The notes beneath the pieces were generated by a model. That model saw only the letters and a list, made by a program, of their open reading frames with translations, was not told the DNA's origin and searched no databases. Made by a program: the position numbers and the translations under genes. Below, in pieces: positions 37,272-43,934 of a stretch of 43,934 nucleotides of DNA (position 1 is its first letter; the number at the start of each line of letters is the position of its first letter). This stretch comes from a virus (lineage: Duplodnaviria > Heunggongvirae > Uroviricota > Caudoviricetes), in the IMG/VR virus record IMGVR_UViG_3300024054_000549; one strand, 5' to 3'.

Positions 37272-37949
37272 TCATAAAGAATCATTCATGCAATGATTCT
37301 CAAATTGACAATAAGAACACAATTTACTATTCGATTTGTTGAAAGTACTATCAGATTCGATTTTATTTATTAAATCTAGAAGATTAGATTCTAATTTCTG
37401 CAATTCTGAACGGTCAATAGTTATGCAATTCTCTATGTTATGTTCTATATAAACATACGATATATTTATTTTTGTAATATTAGTATATTTTCTAAAGAAA
37501 TAAATGGCATAAAAAGACAACTGTTCATACGATTGATATGATTTTTCTTTGTATGAACCAGATTTCCAGTCTACGAGATACAATTCATTATCTATAGAAC
37601 AAATAAAATCAACAGAACCTCTGAACAGAATGTCTTTGTCATAATAACTACATGGTACGAACTCTTCTGTTAAACCAAAATCGTATTCCCTTATACTATT
37701 TCTGAACAAATACTTTTTGAATAAATCAGTTTTTGAAAATTCATCAAAAACACTCTTATATTTAGATACTAATACATTAGGACTCTCATTTGGATAATGT
37801 TCTATCATTGAGTGCAATGTAGAACCCTTAAGTAAAGGGGTTAAATCTGTACTCTCGGGTTTTACATTATCAATATATCTGTATTTGAATTTTCTAGGGC
37901 ATTGAACATGAGCACTTATTCGGCTGAAAGAATAAGGACTGTAGTTCAT
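37272..37949 (-). CDS. Cas4-like/RecB-family PD-(D/E)xK exonuclease with Fe-S cysteines
   Basis: SFSRI...CPRKF, GSVD, VDWKSG, QLSFY and CSYCQFENHC (1+3 Cys). Confidence 0.85.
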   Translation of the reverse strand: MNYSPYSFSRISAHVQCPRKFKYRYIDNVKPESTDLTPLLKGSTLHSMIEHYPNESPNVLVSKYKSVFDEFSKTDLFKKYLFRNSIREYDFGLTEEFVPCSYYDKDILFRGSVDFICSIDNELYLVDWKSGSYKEKSYQSYEQLSFYAIYFFRKYTNITKINISYVYIEHNIENCITIDRSELQKLESNLLDLINKIESDSTFNKSNSKLCSYCQFENHCMNDSL

Positions 37950-38233
37950 TTCGCTAGTAATTCACCAATATCATTATCGATGTCAGCGTTAGCTTCTAAC
38001 CATTCTTTAATAGCATTCTCTTCAAAGATTTCAGAATCTGATTTCTTTTTAAGTGATTTGATTAAATTGAGCGTTTTACAAACGACACCCACCGGAACAC
38101 CCTCTTCCTTGAATTCTTCTTTTAGTGCTTTAATATCTTTATCTAAAGACTTTTTTTGCTTAAGAAGTTCAATATATCGTTTAGCAAAAGTTTCAACATT
38201 TGTGCGAGCTTCTTCAGTACTGCGAATTTCCAT
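37946..38233 (-). CDS. T4 DsbA-like dsDNA-binding protein (95 aa)
   Basis: Coiled coil ..LDKDIKALKEEFKEEGV.. pattern and position next to the primase. Start moved to ATG 38233 (GGGAG RBS). Confidence 0.65.
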   Translation of the reverse strand: MEIRSTEEARTNVETFAKRYIELLKQKKSLDKDIKALKEEFKEEGVPVGVVCKTLNLIKSLKKKSDSEIFEENAIKEWLEANADIDNDIGELLAK

Positions 38234-38493
38234 TATAATATCTCCCAATCTGTTCCAAAAATATCATCATTATTTGGTGTCCAAGCACCAATACTTTCAT
38301 CAGCATAAATCATATCTAAATGTTCCCTATATTTAAAATTTCCCTTCAAAAAATCGTGCGAATCTGGTTCAATCATAGAATCTTGAACTAAGAATACAAA
38401 TGTCGATCCTCCGCATTTTCGTCGATCTTTCCAAGACATTCTAGTTAATTTTTTACCATTTTTAAGTTCGTTAAGAGCTGAGCTGAAATTCAT
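38233..38493 (-). CDS. DUF2829/Tad2-like protein (candidate anti-Thoeris signal sponge)
   Basis: MNFSSALNELKNGKKLTRMSW...WTPNNDDIFGTDW matches the DUF2829 N- and C-terminal signatures; 86 aa. Confidence 0.75.
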   Translation of the reverse strand: MNFSSALNELKNGKKLTRMSWKDRRKCGGSTFVFLVQDSMIEPDSHDFLKGNFKYREHLDMIYADESIGAWTPNNDDIFGTDWEIL

Positions 38494-38500
38494 ATTTGTA

Positions 38501-39499
38501 TTAAAGTTTACATTTAATTCTAACTTCGGCCGATATTCCCGTTAGAATATTATTTTGTATCATTAATGGTACATTAAGACCGTTATGATTCATTAGTAAT
38601 TCATTCATATCTTTTTCCTTATATTCGTTCGGCTGAATATAAACGTTAAATCCTCGTTTAGCATATTTTAAACTATTTATCATCCCGGTTTTATCGTTAT
38701 CGAGAACAAATACTGGATTCTTTAGTTCTGATAACCTATCTTCCGGAATCGAAGCGCCCATAAGAGCGATAACATTTTTTAGTGAACTAGAGATTGCATC
38801 AAAAATACCCTCAAAGATATAAACAGGTTTATCATTATCTACATTGAACCAATTCCATATTTTATACCCAATGTTGTTAGAATTCATATAAGTACAGAAT
38901 TGTTTATTATCAATTTTTCTCGAATAGAATCCATACATTTCATTTTTGAAATACAGGGGAATAATTATTGAATCTGATAATTTGTAAAGAACGTCACCAA
39001 TTTTTAAATCTTGATGACCGTAATACCATTTACCATATTCTTTTGTGTATGTTATATTCCTTCGATTCAAATAATCTAGAGCCTTCTGTGAATCAGAAAT
39101 ATCTGTAAAGTACTCAGAAAAATCTTGAGTAAGAACTGGTTTGATTTGTTCTTCAGTACTCTGAGAATCATTAGATTTTATGAACTGCTTAAAGACATCA
39201 CCAGATGATAGTTTCTCAAGAGTATCTCCGAAAGTTTCTTTTTTGTACTGTGCAAAAATACTAGGAAAGAAATCTCTCAGAAATGAATGAACGGTTTTGT
39301 TCTGAACAGCACACCCACCATTGAAACAGTTAACATTGGTTACTGAACCTTTATTATACAAATGTAATCTTTTATTTCTTTTATTATTCCCATCACCACA
39401 GACAGGACATCTTGCTGAAATATCAGAATCGGATTCAGTACCAATGTTAGCCGAGCCAACAGCTAGTTTAAAGTACTTAATATCTATTTTTTCTAGCAT
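38501..39499 (-). CDS. DNA primase (T4 gp61-like, zinc finger + TOPRIM)
   Basis: CPVCGD...CFNGGC zinc finger, FEGIFD, LDND and KDMNE. Confidence 0.9.
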   Translation of the reverse strand: MLEKIDIKYFKLAVGSANIGTESDSDISARCPVCGDGNNKRNKRLHLYNKGSVTNVNCFNGGCAVQNKTVHSFLRDFFPSIFAQYKKETFGDTLEKLSSGDVFKQFIKSNDSQSTEEQIKPVLTQDFSEYFTDISDSQKALDYLNRRNITYTKEYGKWYYGHQDLKIGDVLYKLSDSIIIPLYFKNEMYGFYSRKIDNKQFCTYMNSNNIGYKIWNWFNVDNDKPVYIFEGIFDAISSSLKNVIALMGASIPEDRLSELKNPVFVLDNDKTGMINSLKYAKRGFNVYIQPNEYKEKDMNELLMNHNGLNVPLMIQNNILTGISAEVRIKCKL

Positions 39500-39525
39500 T
39501 TTGGATAAGTAACAAAATCGTTAAA

Positions 39526-40629
39526 CTACCAACCAAAATCTTCCGATGTTAATTCCCTATCAATTTTGAAAATGCTCGAAAGATCCATGATAATTGATTT
39601 TAAACTATTCTCATTTAAGTACTGAATAAATTCTTTTTCATTGTACGAAGAATTAGATTCCTTGTATTCTAGAATTATCTCATTCCAAATGTTCGAAGGT
39701 ATCCCTTCCTCCATAATCAAAGAAACATTTCGATTGTAATGTTCTCTATATAATGGATTAGAATCTAGCCAGTTCTCAAGAGATCCAAATTCCTTTATTT
39801 TCTTTTGAAGCGAAACTGGTCCGAATTTTATATCTTTATAGATATCTTTCACGCCAGTTGATTCTCCATCTCGATTTGTTTTATAGAAATTGAACTCTTC
39901 TAAAATGGTTCGTTTTTCATCAATTGGCATTCCTGAGTTCTTGAATTCAAATGGTGTTCTAAAGTTTACTTTTTTACTTTCTAGATATTCAATAAACCTA
40001 TCACTGAATTCAGTCCCATCAATTACCTTAGGAATATCATCAGCACCATCACCCAAAATAACATGCTCAAGAATCCAATGATCCATGTGATCATGTTTAT
40101 TTTCAGGAACAATCCATTTTTTAGTTAATGAACTATACTGGAATACATTTTCAGTATCTCTTTGAGCTTGAATCATGTCCTTATCCGGACTGTGAATCAA
40201 AATCTTTTCGTACTTATTGTATTCTCGCGATAGTACTAGCATAATATCATCGGCTTCAGCTGTATTAACTTCAACAACCCTCCATGGAAGATTATTTCTG
40301 ATTTGATATATCAAACCATCAATTTCTTTGAAAACTTCACCGAAATTTATGTTCGATTCTTCTCTAGCTTTTTTCCGCCCTGATTTATACCCTGGATAAA
40401 TAGATTTTCTCCAGTACCCATCGGATGATTTATCAAGACATATAACTAATTCACCAAAATTATTCTTATGTTCGCGAGAAATGTTAAATAAATCCTGGAA
40501 AATATAGTATTTAGTTAAGCCAATGAATTCAGAAGTAACGTATTTTTTATTCTGAATCTTTGGCTTAACATTAGCTATTGAAGTATGAATCATTCTGTGT
40601 ATAATACTTGAAAAATCAATGAGAATCAC
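39526..40629 (-). CDS. rnh: T4 RNase H-like 5'-3' exonuclease (FEN family)
   Basis: ILIDFS, YKSGR, AEADD, SPDKDMIQ and GDGADDIP; GTG start. Confidence 0.9.
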   Translation of the reverse strand: MILIDFSSIIHRMIHTSIANVKPKIQNKKYVTSEFIGLTKYYIFQDLFNISREHKNNFGELVICLDKSSDGYWRKSIYPGYKSGRKKAREESNINFGEVFKEIDGLIYQIRNNLPWRVVEVNTAEADDIMLVLSREYNKYEKILIHSPDKDMIQAQRDTENVFQYSSLTKKWIVPENKHDHMDHWILEHVILGDGADDIPKVIDGTEFSDRFIEYLESKKVNFRTPFEFKNSGMPIDEKRTILEEFNFYKTNRDGESTGVKDIYKDIKFGPVSLQKKIKEFGSLENWLDSNPLYREHYNRNVSLIMEEGIPSNIWNEIILEYKESNSSYNEKEFIQYLNENSLKSIIMDLSSIFKIDRELTSEDFGW

Positions 40630-40646
40630 AGAACAATTCCTTCAAA

Positions 40647-41558
40647 TCAAACCAAGCCGGCTAGCAATGAATCTAGCGATTCGGCGCTATTTGGCTGTTT
40701 TTGAACTGGAGCAGGTGACTGAACGGGCGCTTGAACGGGAGCTGGATTTACTTCCGGTGCGTTAACCTGTACTGGAGCAACCTCGGCTACTAAAGTTGGT
40801 TGAACTTCTGTATCTGCGAATGTCACCCATTTCAGCTTATCTTGCAATTGCTGATAAGTCATGAATGATTCAGGCTTCAAAAGATCGCTTAACTTATAAG
40901 TCCGATTCTTGATCTCATCCAAAGCTTCCTCAACGGAAGAATAAATTGATGTAATCTCATTAATCACTTCTGAAGAATCATAATTAATCTGACCATTAGC
41001 ACCCTTTTTAGCTACTAAACGGAAAGAATTACCACGAAGAGGATTAAATATTTCCTTAGGAATAGCACCTAGTGCACGATCTTGATCAGACGGATCAACA
41101 GCGTTTTGAATTTTATCCTTCATTGCTCCTGACATAGAGAATAGAAAAATCTTACCCTCATTTTCTGGATTAGCTGGATCTTTAAGAATCTTGATATTTG
41201 TGACGTACTTAATTCCACGCCCAAATAGTTTAGCACCATCCTTGTCATTGGCATTCCAGAGTTCTTGCCATTTTTCCTGAAATGGACATGGTAACCCAAT
41301 AGAAGAAGGTGAGTACTCTGATACGAAACGCTTCTTATCATTCTTCACAATAGTAGTATTGATGGCGTACAATTTTTGAATCATGCCCCTTTCAGAATCG
41401 GGTAAAAACCGAATCAGGGCAGCGCCGTTACCATTTTTGTCTTTTGAGAGCGTATAGAATCTCTCGTCTTTACCATATTTGTTTACTTCTTGAGCGAATG
41501 GATCCTGCCCAATAGCTTCCTTCATTGCATCAAAATTAAAAACACTTGCGTCAATCAT
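40647..41558 (-). CDS. Single-stranded DNA-binding protein (T4 gp32-like)
   Basis: DERFY, ALIRFLP, CPF, GQINYDSS and an acidic SLDSLLAGL tail; AAGGAG RBS. Confidence 0.9.
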   Translation of the reverse strand: MIDASVFNFDAMKEAIGQDPFAQEVNKYGKDERFYTLSKDKNGNGAALIRFLPDSERGMIQKLYAINTTIVKNDKKRFVSEYSPSSIGLPCPFQEKWQELWNANDKDGAKLFGRGIKYVTNIKILKDPANPENEGKIFLFSMSGAMKDKIQNAVDPSDQDRALGAIPKEIFNPLRGNSFRLVAKKGANGQINYDSSEVINEITSIYSSVEEALDEIKNRTYKLSDLLKPESFMTYQQLQDKLKWVTFADTEVQPTLVAEVAPVQVNAPEVNPAPVQAPVQSPAPVQKQPNSAESLDSLLAGLV

Positions 41559-41590
41559 ATTTTTCTCCTTAAATTACATCGATTTACATT

Positions 41591-41615
41591 CAATAGTTTA
41601 GAGTCATTGCGGACT
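41591..41615 (-). promoter_or_regulatory. Candidate H-type pseudoknot in the gp32 leader
   Basis: AGUC-cg-CAAU-GACU-cuaaacu-AUUG gives S1 AGUC/GACU and S2 CAAU/AUUG; both stems are only 4 bp. Confidence 0.35.
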
Positions 41616-41628
41616 GTTAAAAACTAAG

Positions 41629-41636
41629 TATTTATA
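41629..41636 (-). promoter_or_regulatory. TATAAATA late-promoter consensus overlapping the gp45 stop, upstream of gp32
   Basis: Exact consensus; could be coincidental because it includes the TAA stop. Confidence 0.5.
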
Positions 41637-42336
41637 CCTTAACACTCATAAGAATCTTAAAGCCATCTAATGATTTGTTATCCATCAAGATTCGATAAGA
41701 ATCGCGAGAGCTATTGTACTTCACATTAACAGTATAGTCAGATATAGGGATCATTTTGAAATTATCAACCGGAATCTTAATATCGAATTCCTTAGAAGTA
41801 TTAGCATTTTTTGTCACGCTAAATGTATTAGATTTAGCATTGAATTTATTAGTTGCCCCTAGTGAGATTTTCATGTCTCCGTCTTTAGAGGTGAAAATAA
41901 CCTCAGAAAGATCTTTGAAAACAGCTGTTGCTGCTTTGATTGACTTGATATCATCGTTCATCATATCAAACGAAGCAACTGTTGGAACCTGCTCGGTTTT
42001 ATCAAATTGATCTGGATTTTTATCGTATGCATCCATTAATGCAATGTTATCCATAATATATGATGAACTCATATTATCAGAACTGACATTAATTGAATTG
42101 TTCTCAATATGAACTTTTGGACTTTCAGAGAATAATTTAAAGAGATTCAAGAAATCCGTTAAACTATCTTTAAGACCAATATCTGGAAATTGATCGCTAT
42201 CTAATTTCGAAACATCAAATAGAACCATCATATCCTGTGATTCAGAAACGGCAACAGTTTTCGGATACTTCAAAATAACAGAATTGGTAATACCATTAAT
42301 TTGCGAAAGAACATCAATTACACTATTATTAAACAT
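41632..42336 (-). CDS. Sliding clamp (T4 gp45-like)
   Basis: 234 aa; N-terminal ..IDVLSQINGITNSVIL and ..LTDFLNLFKL resemble gp45; adjacent to gp32. Confidence 0.8.
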   Translation of the reverse strand: MFNNSVIDVLSQINGITNSVILKYPKTVAVSESQDMMVLFDVSKLDSDQFPDIGLKDSLTDFLNLFKLFSESPKVHIENNSINVSSDNMSSSYIMDNIALMDAYDKNPDQFDKTEQVPTVASFDMMNDDIKSIKAATAVFKDLSEVIFTSKDGDMKISLGATNKFNAKSNTFSVTKNANTSKEFDIKIPVDNFKMIPISDYTVNVKYNSSRDSYRILMDNKSLDGFKILMSVKV

Positions 42337-42401
42337 ATTTCACCTTAAAAATAAAAAAATTGCGAACGAACAAATGATTAATTATTCTAATCAAAAATGT
42401 A

Positions 42402-43358
42402 TTAAGATTTCGACAAACCGAAAAGAAAAAATCCAAGACTGTTATAAAACTCATGTTTAGTTCTTGGAACTCTGATAAAACCATCGTCAGTACTCTTAAA
42501 GATTGCTGAACCTCCACCAGATAAACTAATAAAGTCGCATTTATCCAAAATTTTACCGTATTTGGTTTCGATCAATGAGAGCAAATCTTTCAGATAAGAT
42601 TTTTTTACCTCATCAACATATTCCTTAAACGGGTGTTTCTGACCGCGAAGTTTGTAAGTACCGGTATCAATAATCTCTTTAGCCTCATGCAAGGTAATTT
42701 GTCTACCGTGTACTTCCTTAACCTTTTTAGCAACTTGCGTTGCAATTTTCATTACACCTTCTCGTTCGATACCCTCAAATAAATTAGGAGATGTTTTACC
42801 ATCTGTAACCAAGAACATATCAAGTGTATTGAACCCAATGTCACACCCGACGAATGTAGTATTTCCCATGAATTCTTCTTGTTCATTAGGAAAATTATTC
42901 CCGTACTTATCAATCGTCAGTTTAGATCCAGCACCCTGAGGAAGAATATAAACCTCATTGAAGATAAATCGTTCACCATTAACCTCAAAGTCCATTAATC
43001 CTTCTTTGAAGTGACCAGAATTTTCAATCTGAGACTTAGATAATCCAGAGATAATAATATCTGGTTTATATCCAATCATTTTAATTGCATGATAAAGAAA
43101 CAGGGAAGCATAGTACTCGAGATTTTTATAATCTGTAATATCAATCAAATTCTCAGACGGTAAATGCAGAGCATTGTCGCCAACATAATAAAAATGTTCT
43201 TTGAAATCATAAATTCGAGAATCTTGAACGTACTCGTTCCGTTTAGTTATTCCAATTGTACTCGTGAATTTGAATTGTTTTTCAATGTTTCCATCTTGAG
43301 TTCCAACTGTAACCTTCACATCACCATAACCAATATCGATACCTAAAATTTTCTTCAT
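42402..43358 (-). CDS. ParM/StbA-like actin-fold ATPase
   Basis: Phosphate-1 GIDIGYGDVK, connector PQGAG, phosphate-2 CDIGFNTLD and adenosine SGGGS. Confidence 0.88.
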   Translation of the reverse strand: MKKILGIDIGYGDVKVTVGTQDGNIEKQFKFTSTIGITKRNEYVQDSRIYDFKEHFYYVGDNALHLPSENLIDITDYKNLEYYASLFLYHAIKMIGYKPDIIISGLSKSQIENSGHFKEGLMDFEVNGERFIFNEVYILPQGAGSKLTIDKYGNNFPNEQEEFMGNTTFVGCDIGFNTLDMFLVTDGKTSPNLFEGIEREGVMKIATQVAKKVKEVHGRQITLHEAKEIIDTGTYKLRGQKHPFKEYVDEVKKSYLKDLLSLIETKYGKILDKCDFISLSGGGSAIFKSTDDGFIRVPRTKHEFYNSLGFFLFGLSKS

Positions 43359-43382
43359 GTTAACCTCTTTAAATCAAATAAT

Positions 43383-43676
43383 CTAAAAATCTAAATTTTG
43401 CATTTCGCTAGCCACATTAACTGGGCGATTTTTTATTTTAATATCTGGTAATTTAACAACCTCTTGAAAAACAGAATCAAATTCTTCATCTGTATTTAAA
43501 AATTTCTCTTTAGGCTGAGATTTATGAATTTTATTTTGTTCTTTAATCTGTTCGTTAATCTGTTCTTTGTTCGATGAGTCAACCGAACTGACCGTACTAA
43601 CAGTTGAGGATCCGTCAGCAAAGTCGATTTTAAGTTTTGAAATATCTTTCGAGCATTTTATGGATAATTCGAACAT
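43383..43676 (-). CDS. Hypothetical protein (97 aa) ending NRPVNVASEMQNLDF
   Basis: ATG start directly upstream of the ParM-like gene; paralogous to the upstream partial ORF. Confidence 0.75.
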   Translation of the reverse strand: MFELSIKCSKDISKLKIDFADGSSTVSTVSSVDSSNKEQINEQIKEQNKIHKSQPKEKFLNTDEEFDSVFQEVVKLPDIKIKNRPVNVASEMQNLDF

Positions 43677-43683
43677 TTAAATC

Positions 43684-43932
43684 TCAGAATTCAATGTTTG
43701 TCATTTCCGATGGGATCTCACGCTTAGGTCTATTTACATCATCATTTTGTGTTCTTGGAGTCGCGGTGTCTTGAGCACTTTGAGTTCCAACTCTATTTGT
43801 AGTTATTTTTTCGTTTACATCAAATGTATCAGATAATTCGAGTGCTGGCGTTTTTACAATAGGTGATCCGCTATCATCAAATGTTATATCAACATTTATG
43901 TGTTTTATCTTTTGATTCTCTGGTAAGCCTTT
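43684..43932 (-). CDS. 5'-truncated ORF, paralogue of the 97-aa protein; not in the ORF track
   Basis: Hand translation: ..KGLPENQKIKHINVDITFDDSGSPIV...NRPKREIPSEMTNIEF-stop. Confidence 0.7.
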   Translation of the reverse strand, partial: KGLPENQKIKHINVDITFDDSGSPIVKTPALELSDTFDVNEKITTNRVGTQSAQDTATPRTQNDDVNRPKREIPSEMTNIEF

Positions 43933-43934
43933 AA

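Noticed and set aside
1-43934. Stop-codon reassignment
   Set aside because: Core genes are full-length under the standard code and end in TAA, TAG or TGA, with dense packing.
1-43934. tRNA or rRNA genes, and a DGR TR/VR pair inside the window
   Set aside because: No cloverleaf or T-loop signature in the short intergenic gaps. No adenine-specific near-duplicate pair was noticed by eye; any such pair would probably lie upstream.

Overview
This is an AT-rich (roughly 30% GC by eye) segment of a large T4-like myovirus genome. Its gene set resembles Campylobacterota-infecting T4-like phages, but the host is only inferred. Almost all genes are on the minus strand. (1) 1-1020: a GC-rich plus-strand patch with the C-terminal end of a DGR-type reverse transcriptase and two small genes. 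(2) 1412-7686: a heptad-repeat protein plus a sugar/DNA-glycosylation cluster (GT-B glycosyltransferase, SDR epimerase, UDP-glucose dehydrogenase, TAGT/GREB1-like glycosyltransferase-SLOG fusion). (3) 7723-18127: two late-promoter (TATAAATA) units encoding a nuclease-like protein, a ligase-like/HIGH nucleotidyltransferase fusion, a Pol-beta-like nucleotidyltransferase, an Ntn hydrolase, a zincin-VWA protein and a double AAA+ ATPase. Most of these carry a motif resembling the T4 capsid-targeting sequence, and two carry it at the C-terminus. (4) 18203-23418: four tandem paralogues of about 430 aa. (5) Hsp20, large terminase (plus strand), a prohead-core-like protein and an iteron-like repeat region. 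(6) A replication/metabolism block: nrdAB, UvsW, primase-helicase fusion, gp23/24-like protein, Cas4-like nuclease, DsbA, Tad2-like protein, gp61 primase, RNase H, gp32, gp45. (7) A ParM-like actin preceded by two paralogous small proteins. All functional calls come from motif recognition by eye; no searches were run. Several starts were moved from the ORF track's TTG/GTG to a downstream ATG.
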